Source: the human T2T-CHM13v2.0 reference genome, Homo sapiens
Assembly: GCF_009914755.1 (NCBI RefSeq)
Contig: NC_060928.1
Length of the DNA: 64,000 bases
Strand: one strand, 5' to 3'
Of this stretch, positions 14,190 to 32,019 are shown piece by piece. A program made the position numbers and the translations under genes. Position 1 is the stretch's first letter. The number at the start of each line of letters is the position of its first letter. The notes under the pieces are model-generated. The model was not told the DNA's origin, searched no databases, and saw only the letters and a list, made by a program, of their open reading frames with translations.

Positions 14190-14660
14190 TAGACATTAAT
14201 GGCTTTGACAAGAGAGCAATTTCTACGGAGTGGATAGGTAAGTAGAAAGCCTTATTGGAATAATCCATAAGAGAATGAGAGTAATTACTAACTGTGAATG
14301 CAGATTTCCATGCTGTCAAATATGCTTTAAAAGAGAGCAAGGAAATTAGAGAATAGCTAGATGGAAATGGGAAGAGAGGTCAAAGAAGATTTTGAGTTTT
14401 CTTCTTTGTTTTTAATTTGAGGGTATTATTGCTTTTTTTTAAAAAAAAAAAGTATCCAGTAATAAAAAGAAAATTAATGAAGCAAGAAAGGAGAGGATTG
14501 CTGGAATGTGGTCTTTGAGTAGGTAAGAGGGAAAGGATTCAGTGCAAAAGTATAAATAGTAGCTTGAATATGAAGAATACATCCACAGTAAGAGGCAAAG
14601 TAGCAGAGTGTATAGTCATAGATGATGAGACACTAAGTAACCTGGTGCGAGATTATAGGA
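14190..14660 (-). mobile_element. L2 fragment
   Basis: Purine-rich 'tttgacaagagagcaatttc...ggagtgg', 'aaggaaattagagaatagctag' typical of antisense L2. Confidence 0.55.
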
Positions 14661-15848
14661 GATCTGGCTTCCTCTTTTATTTCTGTTAAATTGAGAATAA
14701 ATCAGGAGGTACCAAAAGTTTGATTAAAGGGGAGAAGTTATGAAAAAGGCATCCAGAAAAAAAAAATGTCCCAGGGAAATATACTATGTCTGCTGGGAAG
14801 AAGAAAAGGCACATTAGAGTTTGGTGTTCACAATGGTTGAATACATTACAATTGAAATGGAAAAGTATGAAAAGATATAGGTTCAGCAAATGAGGCTAAG
14901 AATGTTTCAGTGTATCTTACAGTATTTATATGGATATTGTTATATTTTCTTATTTTAAAAAAATAGAATCCTGTTTTTTAAAAATCCATTTCCTATAACT
15001 TCTTACATAAAGTGATGGTTCATGCAGAGAATTGATTTATTCTCTGAAGTGGACATGCCATTTTATGTCTAGCTTCCACTTTACCTATAAATATACCAGT
15101 CTTTTTCTTTTACCTAAGCAGTCAATTTTCATAACATATTAGAGCTTACAGATTAATTTCTTATATCCTTTGTTTTAATGCCATAATTGTTCAATCACCA
15201 TGCCACAATTTTAGGCCACAAACTCCTGTGTAAAAGAGAAAATATTTTTAAAATTTCCATAATTCAATCCAATTTCTTGAGCTCACATTCTACAAGATTG
15301 TACAAAATTACGTATCATTTCATAATGGTCTTTTGGTAATGGGTAAAAGAAAAAAAATTATATATCACTCAGGAAACCCTCTCCTGATTCCCCAGGCATG
15401 CATCTAAGTTGTTGAGAGATGACTAATTGTCAAGATGTCATTTATCATCTAACCATACTGGCTTGAGGTATATCACCATGCCTTCCACTTCCTGCTCATG
15501 ACTCATTGAGGCTGATGCTTAGTCACTCTTCTTCCCTAACCACAGAATCCTTCAGGACTGCAACCTTGAGATACATCTGTCACCTCGTGCCATGCTAGAC
15601 TGAGATTCCCAGTGGCTTGGAGTAGCAGGGCTGGGGGTAGGGCAGAGTGTCAGGGATGGAAAGGAGAGGTGAGGGCAGGTAGACATTAAAGCACTCCATC
15701 TTGCTTTCTCTCTCATTCTTCAGGTTGTTCCCCAATCCTAGAGAATCTACCTAAACTTCATAATGGAAATAATTTCTCTGCCTCAACATACAGTTTTCAC
15801 TGTTATACTTGAATCTACTCTGTTATTCTCTGTTTCCCTCAGGGACTA

Positions 15849-15963
15849 ATTTTTTAATGGACAAATCATAGTTGTATACATTTATGGGGTACAGAATGAT
15901 CTTTTGATATATGTATACAATATGGTATGATTAAATCAAGGTAATTAACATATCCATTACCTT
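15849..15963 (-). mobile_element. Short L1MA 3' end fragment
   Basis: 'gttgtatacatttatggggtac...gattaaatcaaggtaattaacatatccattacct'. Confidence 0.75.
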
Positions 15964-17629
15964 GCTTAAAATTTTGATACTCAAAAACCAGAAGAGATTT
16001 TTTTCTTCCTCTGTTTTCTATATAACTGATTCCAATATGTCCCTTTTCTCAGGCCCTCAGGTAGTTCAGAACTACCAAGCTGCTATCCACACAACTATTA
16101 TTGTCACCAATTTTAAAGAGCAGAGTGCCCAAGTGTTACAGAAAATAAGGGGAAAGAGAGAGAACATTAAATGTTTCAAAACCCTTTTCCTGACTCACTA
16201 ATTGTGATAATGATGGCTCCACATCCACTGAGCTAAGAGGTGAGATGCAGAATATCACAATAGAAATAGAAATTTTAACACTGGGGATGACTTCCTCATG
16301 AAAACTTTATTAAAGGAAGCGGCACAAACACAGGGCATATTTACACTTTCAGCATTTATCACTTAAAATTAGCCCAATTATATTGTGGGAATGCCAATAA
16401 AAAGAAATTTTCTCAAAAAAGCAGAAAGAAATCTATTTCTATGTATACTTAAGAAAATCTGGCCACTTAACCGAAGTATGCTTCACAATAAAATCAAGTC
16501 AGAAAAACTAGAGTGTTTTCAGAATTTCAATCCCTGCTCTCAGTTCCAGCACATCTGCAGGAGTAATAAGTTTTCTGATTTCTAAGAGGCTTGTGGTTAA
16601 CCTCACAGCATGGAATGAATTATTTACAATTCTATCCTTCATTAAAACACCCTTTCCATGAAATGTGTCAATGAAGTCAGAACCTGGCTGGCCACTGATC
16701 AACCAGAGCACTGACCATCCCCTTTTTCTGTTTCCATTGTATTGCTTAATTACAACAAAATGTAGTCATTTATTCCCAAAAGTTTTAAACTGTTTATGTT
16801 GTGCCCTCACTAAAAACACCTATAATGTTTTAATTTGAACAAGGTGTATATGTACATGTATAAAAGTTAAATCCATACATGTGTAAACACAAGTATCTTT
16901 GACCTCAAATGAGACAGAATCATGAAATTTAATCATTCCTTACTCAAACTGCGCAAATATATTCCTTTGAAGTATACTTAATAACATTTAGAAAAGTCTT
17001 TAACTCCTAACCTTACCCACAAAATATATAATCCTCAAAGAGTGCTTAAGTTTGAGAAAAAAACAAAAGAGAATGTCACTCCAAAAGTTGCTTTGGCAAC
17101 GTTAACTCCACATTTTCAGTTCTGAGCACACACAGATTACTCTTCTGCCATTTCCAATACCTCCCTTTTCACCTCGAGTTCTTCATGAGCTCCATAGAAG
17201 TGAGTGAATTTACATAAATGGTATTGTTCATTATTTTTTTAAATTCATGTATTTACTACTATGACATAATCAACATAAATCTCCCAAAATTAAAACCAAA
17301 GTATCTCCTCAATTGAGTACTTGGGGAAATTTGCCAAAGGCCATTGGCTAGACTCTGGCTGAGGACTGTAGTTAGGAGTCATTACCTTCCAACAGCTGCT
17401 TGAGATGAACAGGTAGGTTCACTGGGTAATAAAATAACAATATTTGCACCTGATTTGAAATATATAGAAATCCAAAACTGAACTGCATACTCTTATAAGT
17501 AAGAATTCCATGAGGGGTCAGTGACTATATTACCCTTCAAAACCTTTACATTTGTTCATATACCAGTGTCAGAAAAAACAGAAAATAGTTAAATATTTAA
17601 ATCTCATTTCAAGAAGACAACATACAATT

Positions 17630-17942
<313 letters not shown>

Positions 17943-20629
17943 CTAGTTTCCCTTCCTCAAAAATTTAACAAACTTTATTTTCAGGCACTTTAAAGGCCAT
18001 TAGCAAATAACCTTGTTCAATTTACACAAAGGATCTTAAAAGGAAACATATTTTTTAAGTTTGAATGATTCACTACTTTAAACACTTAAATATTTATGTT
18101 GATACATGTGCCAGAAATAATTATTAGAGTGCCAAACCACACATCAAAATCAGGTGTTTTGTTTTTAAATTAATATATACTACTTGTCTTTTTTATCCAT
18201 ATATATCATATAACTTATTAATGTGGAGTTTTATAATATTTATTATGAAATTTCTCGTTATTAAATGCACATTTTTCTCAACTTCTTATGATTTCTACAG
18301 CTGTATTTGGAGGTGTAGCTTGATGAAGAAAAATATTGGCATTGTTGTAATGAGAAATAAGAATACTTACTACTTAATAAGATTTACTACCACCCTGTGG
18401 GAAGGATGTCTAACACAAGCTAGCATAATCAAATTGTGTCACGAACTATTTTTATACAGATTATAAGACTTTCTAGAATTGATCCTGACCCTCCTAACCA
18501 AAAGAGTCAAGGGATCATTTTTTATTTTTTCTTTTGGCACCAAGAGAAGTCCTAGCTAACGAGTACTATAACTTCACTCCCTTCTCCTGTTCCAAAAGAA
18601 TTCTTGTCACTGATATATAAAACAATCCTTGGAAACATATTCTCTTCAGAGTGGGGATTATAAGTTATCTGCATTGATAACAGATTTATGCATTACATGC
18701 AACTTTCTTTACAAAGCCTTCCTTTTAAATGATGGAAAAATTTATAATAATATTTTGGTTAATTGTCCTTATGTTCAAGTAAATTCTTTTCCATATCTGT
18801 AGTTTTTTTTTTCTCAAAGAATCCCTCCATTATGATGTTGGAACTGAAATAGCTACATGAATGTTCTCTTTAATGCAAATGAGTTATTACCAGGTTCAGG
18901 GAAAATAAAAAGATAATTTTTAACAATGATGGCTAAAATGGTAGGGTTTCCTTGTTTCATTTCCTCTTTTTGACAAAGTTTTATACAAAAGTAGTGAAGA
19001 TGCAGATTCAGAAAGTTCTGAATTAAGATTCTAAATCAAGGCCAATTTATTTCAAGTACCAAGTAAATTCTAAGTTCTTTATATATACATAAATACAGAA
19101 CTCTCTCTCTCCCTCTCTCTATATATAATAGGTGGTAGTTTCTACATGAGCTTTGTAGGGGGATTAGGTAGGGTCTTTGTACCCAAATCATTTCTGCCAT
19201 GACCCATGTGCATAGCACCTATATGCTATGTTAAATGCTATTTCCCCTTTTCTCCCTTCTAGTTTTTCAGTATTTTCACCCAAGCATTTGATTAAACTAC
19301 ATGTAAGCCTTTAAAAATCAAGAAGAAAAAGACTCCAGGAGTTTCGGTGTCTTTGGGATTTCATCAACAAAAGCTACATTACTACTTTCCTGAGAGCCAT
19401 CTCTGTCGTGTCCTCTTTTGATCAGCCGCTGGATCACTTCTCTATGCTTCTTAGGACAATTTTTCATGGCCCCACTGCTTCACATTTATTTAAGTATAGG
19501 TATTATGGAGGCCGTTGAATCACAAGCTCCTTGAAGTCAGGAGAATTTATCTTATTCGTCTTTCTATATCACACATCATTTATTTAATATTATATTTTAG
19601 ATGATCAATGTAGGTTGAATATTATTTTAAACTCAAACAGATTTTATGTTTTCTCATAAGAAAAAAATTATAATACATTCTGATAATCAAAAAAATCTAA
19701 TGCAAAGGAACTGAGAAAGTCATCACCACCTAGTATAAATGCAGTTGATACTCCTATGCCTTTTAAAGGGGAACTTTTAAAAACATTGTTCTCAGAGATG
19801 CCTCAAATGTCCATCAGAAACCAATGATTCAGGACAAAATATTTCAAAACTGTAAGCTTCTTCAGTTATCCTTAAATAAGAACACCTAAGCTATTTTAAC
19901 ATAGCACACTTTTTAGATTGGCCACAAATCATTATTTATCTTCACTCAAATAGCTTAAATGTGTTTCCCTCTAAACATACTGCTACAATTTAGTTTTAGC
20001 TCTCCCAGGAAAAACATAATGACTGTACTCGTTGTATGAAGTGCAAATTAAACCCAGAAAAAAGGTACTACAAAGAACATTTCCACACATGCCCTCCATC
20101 CCAGGTCCCTAGAAGATTCATAAGGGCATTCAGTACCAAGAGGAGAGAGGCACATTAACAATTTAATTTAAAATCCTTTGGTAATTTGCAATGGAAACTT
20201 ATGAGAACTGGATTTAATCTAAACTGTGTCTAAGCTCTATGATGTATAAATACTGTTTTCATCTTGTATTTCAGGCAAAAATACTGAATAGTGAATACCA
20301 AAGAGTTTGAAGATTGGGGTTAAACATGAATAGAAAATGCCTTTTGTGTAATCATCACTGAAATGTATCTTTATGTTACTAAATTCATTCTCCTTAGCTT
20401 TACTAGGATTCCTTAAAGCATATGCCTCAAATTCCACAAGGAACTATTTATTTCTTCTATAATTATGGAGTTGCCCATCAGATGAAAGTTTCAGAGGGCT
20501 GTCCAGTAAGATTAATGGAGGCACTTTGACGGAAGTATTTGCTCCACGCTCTCAAGAATACAGCTGCCTCCGTAATTCTTCTGAATGAAAGGTGAACCTG
20601 CCCTTGCTCACGTGTCTTGGCTGAGGTTT

Positions 20630-20661
20630 TTATTATTATTATTATTATTATCATTATTATT
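20630..20661 (+). repeat. (TTA)n microsatellite
   Basis: ttattattattattattattatcattattatt. Confidence 0.9.
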
Positions 20662-22085
20662 CCTGAAAGGCTTCAAGGACTTGTACTCTCAAGAAGTTAC
20701 AGTACTCATATATAATGTTTGAGTCATCCCTGTATTTGATCTTGGATAAGATTTTACCGTTTTACCCAGGCTCTGTTAGCACCAGAACCTAGACTATTCG
20801 TGGTGGCAGCACATAGTGGGTGAACCATTCCACAAGATAAAATAACTTGCCTATGCAAAGGGTTATCTAGTGTTTTCTTCTAGTGTTGTGAGTGTACATT
20901 TCAGGTTGAATGAAAATCACTTATCATGATATTTAAGACTCAGATCGTGGAGTCATACTCAAAGAGACTCTGATTTAATAAGTTTACTCAGTCAGAATAA
21001 TTCTTTCTTTATTTTTAAAGAAGCCTTAGATAATTCTGATTAATATAGACTATGGAGTCATCAATGCTTTGAGCTGCATATGGGAAGCACAGTATTTGAA
21101 AGCACAGCTTTCAGAACATAAAAGCTCATGTCTCCATCATTACACCATTTAGAGAAACACTGGTGTTCATGTTTCTAATACAGCATTTCTATCCTAGTCC
21201 ATTAAGCTCCCTAACTCTATACTATTTTGGCTTAGAAAGTTGAGAATTAATTCAAGAGTATTTGAAAAGGATTTGGCATGTTTTATCAAATATTTCTTAT
21301 TATGAAATATTTCTAATTTATGACACAATGATGTCTCTAGCACTTAACAAGCTGGAGAAGGGAAGAATCATTCCAATTATTGTAATCATCATAATGATAA
21401 GTGAATTATAAAATTATGTCTATTTATTTGAAAGAACAATTTCTGCTCCACAAACTATAGAGTTCCTGAGGTTATAGTGATCTCTAAACTGTTACCATAG
21501 TTGATCTTTTTTGTGTGGTTTAAACACCAGCACTTTTCTTAAAATCACACTAAGTATTTTGTCTTAATAGTACTTAAAAGGCTTTCATTTGACATGATGC
21601 TATTCTCTTTTAGGATGTTTCTCACTTTAGAGCTTAAATGTTTAATCCCTTCAAGTGAATATAGCTACAAGAAAACATATATGAAGAACTCTGGTGGGAG
21701 AGTAGAAAAACCAAGGCTTTAAGTATGATTCAGTAAGTTGGTTAGCAATTCCATGTCTCCTTTTCATTGGTAAATAGGAAAAGTAAAGAACAATAGTAAT
21801 TGAGCTATTTAAAAACAAGGACCGAGCATGAAGATTCATTTAAGACAAGGAATTATACAAGTATCATATCACCAAATGTGTAACTACAGAGCAATTTGGA
21901 TACAGTACATAGAAATGTTCAACAGTTAAGCCAGTGGCTTGCAAATGTTTTGGTATTAGAAATCTATTATATTATACTTGCAAAACAAATTGAGAACCAT
22001 AAATAGATTTATTTGTGTGGAAATATACCAAATTAGAAATGAAAATTGAAGCATTTTAATTATTTATTTACTCATTCATTTAAAA

Positions 22086-22730
22086 TGCCCTCCCAGGATG
22101 TGGCACTTAATCCTCATCTCTACCCCGTCCGGAGTCTGGTCTGGACTTGGGAACTCTTAGTCACTCACTTGCAAAGAACAGAATATAGAAAGGGAAAAAA
22201 AATGGTAACTTTGTAGTTAAAATTCGTAGAAACTACCTTAAAGAAGTAATCATGGTTAACATAACAAGTGATAAGTCATATCAATTTCCTGATAATATAA
22301 TGAGAAGGGAACTTCATTTCTGTATTATTCCTCCCCAAAACCCATAACTCCGGTCTAACAAGGAGAAAATTCAAATTGAAAAACATTCGTCAAAATAGCT
22401 CACCATTTTCTTCAAAACTGTCAAGATCACACACTCAAAATAAAGACTGAGCAATTGTGGCCAGAAATACAATTAAATGCAAAGTGGAATCCCAGATCGG
22501 ACCCTGGAACATAAATAGGCAATAGTGGGAAAACCCTTAAAATGGAATAAAGTCTGAAATTTACGTAGCACTATGCACCAACATTAATCTCTTAGTATGA
22601 TGAATGTACTATAGCTGTAAGGTATTAATTCAGGGGAAAACTCGGTGAAGAATATACAGAAATTTTCTGTACTATCTTTGCAACTCTTCTATACATCTAA
22701 AATTATTTCGAAATTAAGTTTATTTTTAAA
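22086..22730 (+). mobile_element. L1MC/L1MD 3' end
   Basis: 'ttcctccccaaaacccataac', 'ctgtactatctttgcaactcttct...tctaaaattatt'. Confidence 0.75.
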
Positions 22731-25700
22731 AGATTAAAGACCCCAAGGAATTTTTGTTTATGTAGGTTCTATTTATAGATACATACAATATTAAAAAGCA
22801 GAACAAAAATATTATCTATTTATTAACTCATTGAAACCAAATAACAAACCTATAATACGTTAACATACATTTTATATTTTCATGAAAATAGGCAAAAGGA
22901 AGAGTGTTTTACATTTTGAATTTTTTAAATATTTGGCTTAATAGAAGACAGTTGGATTCTCATTTCTGCCTATAAATATAATATGTTGTTTTCATTGAAT
23001 TATGTGAAGAAAGTTATTCTTCACACAGATACAGACTTGAAAAAAGGAGAAATATTTTAGTAGCCTTTTGGACAGTAGTGGATATTTTATTGTGTGTGAC
23101 TACACCAAAACTTTACAATTTGTTTATGCTTAAAAATTAGTTTCTTGGGGAAAGTACATTCTCCTCAATAAATGTTGCCGGTAAAACTTGATATACACAT
23201 GCAAAAGAGTGGCTAGACTATTATGTTACACTAATAATACAAAAATACTAATACAAAAATTAATTCAAAATGCATTAAAGACCTAAACATAATACCTCAA
23301 ACTATAAGTCTCCTAGAAGAAAACATAATGGAAAAACTTCACGATATTGGTCTTGGTAATAATGTCTTGGACATGACACAAAAAGCACAGGCAACAAAAG
23401 TAATAATAGATTTTTAAAAATAGGGCTAGATCAACCTTAAAAATGTTTGTACATCAAAGGAAACAGCCAATAGAATAAAGGGTAACTTACAGAATTGAAG
23501 AAAATATTTACAAATTATATATATCTGATAAGGACTTGATATCCAGAATAAATAAAGACTCTTACAACTCCAAAACAAAAATCTAATAACCCCATTATAA
23601 AACGGGCAAAGTGCTTGAATAAATATTTCTCCAAAGAAAATATGCAAATGGCCAACAAGCATATGAAAAGATGCTCAACATGACTAACAGATAAATGAAA
23701 ATCAAAACCATAAAGAGATATTATCACACCCTCATTAGGATGGCTCCTATTTTAAAAAAGGTGAGGGTGTGGAGAAATTGGAATAATTGTGCTCTGTTGG
23801 AATTGTAAAATGGTACAACCACAATGGAAGCAATATAGAGGTTTCTCAAAAGAATTTTTAAGTAGAACTACCATATGATCTGCCAATCTGAATCTGAGCA
23901 TACATCCAAAAGTATAAAAAGCAGGGTCTCAAAAAGATATTTTCACACCCATGTTCATAGCAGCACTAGTCACAATATCCCATGGTGGAATCAATCTAAA
24001 TGTCCATCGACAGATGAATGGATAAATAAAATGTGATACATACATAAAATGGAATATTATTTGGCCCTAGAAAGGAAGGAAATCTTGTTACATGCTACAG
24101 TATGAATAAACCTTGAGGAAATATTGCTAAGTGAAATAAGTCAGTCAAAAAAGACAAATACTGTATGACTCCCTTAAATGACGTATCTAAAAAAAGTCAG
24201 ATTATTAGAAACAGAACATAGAATGGTGTTGACCAAGAGCAGGGAGGAAAAAGAAAAGGGGAGTTATTTAATGGGTACTAAGTTTCAGATTTATAAGTTG
24301 AAAAAGTTTTGGATATCTGTTTCATAATAATGTGAATATAATTATATTAGTTCATTCTCACATTGCTATAAAGTTCTTCCTGAGAATGGGTAATTTATGA
24401 AGAAAAGAGTTTTAACTGACTCACAGTTCCACATGGCTGGGGAGGCCTCAGGAAACTCACAATCAGGGCAGAAGGCAAAGGAGAGGCAAAGCATAGCTTC
24501 CCGTGGTAGAGGAAAAGGGAGAGAAGAGTGAAGGAGGAAGTGCCACACACATTTAAACCATCAGATCTTGTGAGAATTCACTCACTACCACAAGAACAGA
24601 AAGGGGGAACTCCACCTCCACGATCCACTCACCTCCCAGCAGGACCCTCCTCCAATTCCACATGAGATTTGGTGGGGACACAAATCCAAACCAAATAATT
24701 CTGTCCCTGGTCCCTCCCAAATCTCATATGCTTCTCACATTTCAAAACCAATCATGCCTTCCAACAGTCCCCCAAAGTCTTAACTCATCCCAGCATTAAC
24801 TCAAAAGTCCAAGTTCAAAGTCTCATCTGAAACAATGCAAGTCCCATATGCCTATGAGACTGCAAAATAAAAAACAAGATACAATCAGGGTACTGGCATA
24901 GGGTAAATGTTCCCATTCCAAATGGGAGAAATTGGCCAAAACAAAGGGCCCCATGCAGGTCCAAAACCCAGACGGATTGTCATTAAATCTTAAAGCTCCA
25001 AAATAATCTCCCTTGACTCCATGTCTCACATCCAGGGCATGCTGATGAAAGGGGTGGGATCCCACAGTCTTGGGCAGCCCCATCTCTGTGGCTCTACAGG
25101 GTATGGCTCCTTTGGCGGCTTTCACTGGCTGACATTGAGTGTCTGTGGCTTATCCAGGTACATTGTGCAAGCAGTTAGTGGATCTTCCATTTTGGAGTCT
25201 GGAGGACAGTGGCCCTCTTCTCACAGGTCTGCTAGGCAGTGCCCCAGTAGGGACTTTATGTTGGGGCTCCAACTTCACATTTCTACCTCAACACTGCCCT
25301 AGTAGAGGTTCCCCATCAGGGTTCTGCCCCTGCAGCAGACTTCTACCTGAACATCCAGGTGTTTCCACACATTCTCTGAAATCTAGGAGGGGGTTCTCAA
25401 ACCTCAACTCTTACCTTCTGCATACCTGTAGGCCCACAACCACATGGAAGTCACCAAAGCCTAGTGCTTGCAACCTTGGAAGTAACAGCTCCAGTTGTAA
25501 ATTGGCCCCCTTTAGCCACGGCTGCAGCTGGAGCAGCTGGGATGCAGCACACCAAGTCCTGAGGCTGCACAGAGCATTGGGGCCCAAGGCCTGAGCCACA
25601 AAACAATTTTTGCCTCCTAGGCCTCTGTGCCTGTGATTGGAGAGGCTTCTGTGAAGGTCTCTGACAATGGAGACATTTTCCTCATTGTCTTGGCTATTAA

Positions 25701-26090
25701 CATTGACTTCCCCTTTAGTTATTCTGCAGACTAATGCAGTCTTTATGTATACAGGTAAATAGTTAATTTAGTGATCTACAGCATCACCATTCAGTGGCCA
25801 TAATTTACATTACTTGCCATTTATTCAGCAGATATTTAGCATGGTCAAATATACAATATGTCATTATTTTCTTTTTTTTATTTATTATTATTATACTTTA
25901 AGTTCTAGGGTTCATGTGTACAATGTGCAGGTTACATATGTATACATGTGCCACGCTGGTGTGCTGCACCCACTAACTCGTCATCTAGCATTAGGTATAT
26001 CTCCCAATGCTATCCCTCCCCCCTCCCCCCACCACAGAACAGTCCCCAGAGTGTGATGTTCCCCTTCCTGTGTCCATGTGTTCTCATTGT

Positions 26091-29918
<3,828 letters not shown>

Positions 29919-29981
29919 TATGATGTTAGTTGGTTATTTTGCTCGTTAGTTGATGCAGTTTCTTCCCAGTCTTGATGGTCT

Positions 29982-30994
29982 TTACATTTTGGCATGATTT
30001 TGCAGTGGCTGGTACCGGTTGTTCCTTTCCATGTTTAGTGCTTCCTTCAGCAGCTCTTTTAGGGCAGGCCTGGTGGTGATAAAATCTCTCAGCATTTGCT
30101 TGTCGGTAAAGTATTTTATTTCTCCATCAGTTAGGAAGCTTAGTTGGGCTGGATATGAAGTGCTGGGTTGAAAATTCTTTTCTTTAAGAATGTTGAATAT
30201 TGGCCCCCACTCTCTTCTGGCTTGTAGAGTTTCTGCCAAGAGATCCGCTGTTAGTCTGATGGGCTTCCCTTTGAGGGTAACCCGACCTTTCTCTCTGGCT
30301 GCCCTTAACATTTTTTCCTTCATTTCCACTTTGGTGAATCTGACAATTATGTGTCTTAGAGTTGCTCTTCTTGAGGAGTATCTTTGTGGTGTTCTCTGTA
30401 TTTCCTGAATTTGAATATTGGCCTGCCTTGCTAGATTGGGGAAGTTCTGGATAATATCCTGCAGAGTGTCTTCCAACTTGGTTCCATTCTCCCTGTCACT
30501 TTCAGGTACACCAATCAGACGTAGATTTGGTGTTTTCACATAGTCCCATATTTCTTGGGGGCTTTGTTCATTTCTTTTTATTCTTTTTTCTCTAAACTTC
30601 CCTTCTCACTTCATTTCATTCATTTCATCTTCCATTGCTGATACCCTTTCTTCCAGTTGATCGCATCGGCTCCTGAGGCTTCTGCATTCTTCACGTAGTT
30701 CTCGAGCCTTGGCTTTCAGCTCCATCAGCTCCTTTAAGCACTTCTCTGTATTGGTTATTCTAGTTATACATTTGTCTAAATTTTTTTCAAAGTTTTCAAC
30801 TTCTTTGCCTTTGGTTTGAATTTCCTCCTGTAGCTCGGAGTAGTTTGATCGTCTGAAACCTTCTTCTCTCAGCTCGTCAAAGTCATTCTCCGTCCAGCTT
30901 TGTTCTGTTGCTGGTGAGGAACTGCGTTCCTTTGGAGGAGGAGAGGCCCTCTGCTTTTTAGAGTTCCAGTTTTTCTGCTCTGTTTTTTCCCTGT
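29982..30994 (-). pseudogene. L1 ORF1 (RNA-binding protein), disrupted
   Basis: C-terminal 185 aa open (PNLRLIGVPE...RYQPLQNHAKM); the canonical ATG position 30992-30994 reads ACA. Confidence 0.95.
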
Positions 30995-32019
30995 CTTTGT
31001 GGTTTTATCTACTTTTGGTCTTTGATGATGGTGATGTACAGATGGGTTTTTGATGTGGATGTCCTTTCTGTTTGTTAGTTTTCCTTCTAACAGACAGGAC
31101 CCTCAGCTGCAGGTCTGTTGGATTTTGCTAGAGGTCCACTCCAGAACCTGTTTGCCTGGTTATCAGCAGCAGTGTCTGCAGAACAGTGGTTTTTCGTGAA
31201 CCGCGAATGCTGCTGTCTGATCGTTCCTCTGGAAGTTTTGTCTCAGAGGAGTACCCGGCCATGTGAGGTTTCAGTCTGCCCCTGCTGGGGGGTGCCTCCC
31301 AGTTAGGCTGCTTGGGGGTCAGGGGTCAGGGACCCACTTGAGGAGGCAGTCTGCCCATTCTCAGATCTCCAGCTGCGTGCTGGGAGAACAACTGCTCTCT
31401 TCAAAGCTGTCAGGCAGAGACATTTAAGTCTGCAGTGGTTACTGCTGTCTTTTTGTTTGTCTGTGCCCTGCCCCCAGAGGTGGAGCCTACAGAGGCAGGC
31501 AGGCCTCCTTGAGCTGTGGTGGGCTCCACCAAGTTCCAGCTTCTGGGCTGCTTTGTTTACCTAAGCAAGCCTGGGCAATGGCGGGCGCCACTCCCCCAGC
31601 CTCGCTGCCGCCTTGCAGTTTGATCTCAGACTGCTGTGCTAGCAATCAGCGAGACTCTGTAGGAGTAGGACCCTCTGAGCCATCTGCGGGATATAATCTC
31701 CTGGTGTGCCGTTTTTTAAGGCCATCGGAAAAGCGCAGTATTTGGGTGGGAGTGACCCGATTTTCCAGATGCTGTCTGTCACTCCTTTCTTTGACTAGGA
31801 AAGGGAACTCCCTGACCCCTTGCACTTCCCGAGTGAGGCAATGCCTCACCCTGCTTTGGCTCGAGCATGGTGCGCGCACCCACTCACCTACACCCACTGT
31901 CTGGCACTCCCTAGTGAGATGAACCCAGTACCTCAGATGGAAATGCAGAAATCACCCGTCTTCTGCGTCGCTCACGCTGGGAGCTGTAGACCGGAGCTGT
32001 TCCTATTCGGCCATCTTGG
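30995..32019 (-). promoter_or_regulatory. L1 5'UTR with sense and antisense promoters
   Basis: YY1 site (ggccatcttg, 32009-32018), relatively CpG-rich, retains the 129-bp segment 31123-31251. Confidence 0.8.
31578..31922 (+). CDS. L1 antisense ORF0, open 114 aa (expression unknown)
   Basis: MAGATPPASLPPCSLISDCCASNQRDSVGVGPSEP matches the ORF0 N-terminus; good Kozak context gcaATGg. Confidence 0.6.
   Translation: MAGATPPASLPPCSLISDCCASNQRDSVGVGPSEPSAGYNLLVCRFLRPSEKRSIWVGVTRFSRCCLSLLSLTRKGNSLTPCTSRVRQCLTLLWLEHGARTHSPTPTVWHSLVR

Noticed and set aside
25722-25872. Non-MaLR DNA next to the L1PA3 tail as a 3' transduction
   Set aside because: It lies outside the TSD and continues on the other side of the L1, so it was the insertion target, not cargo.
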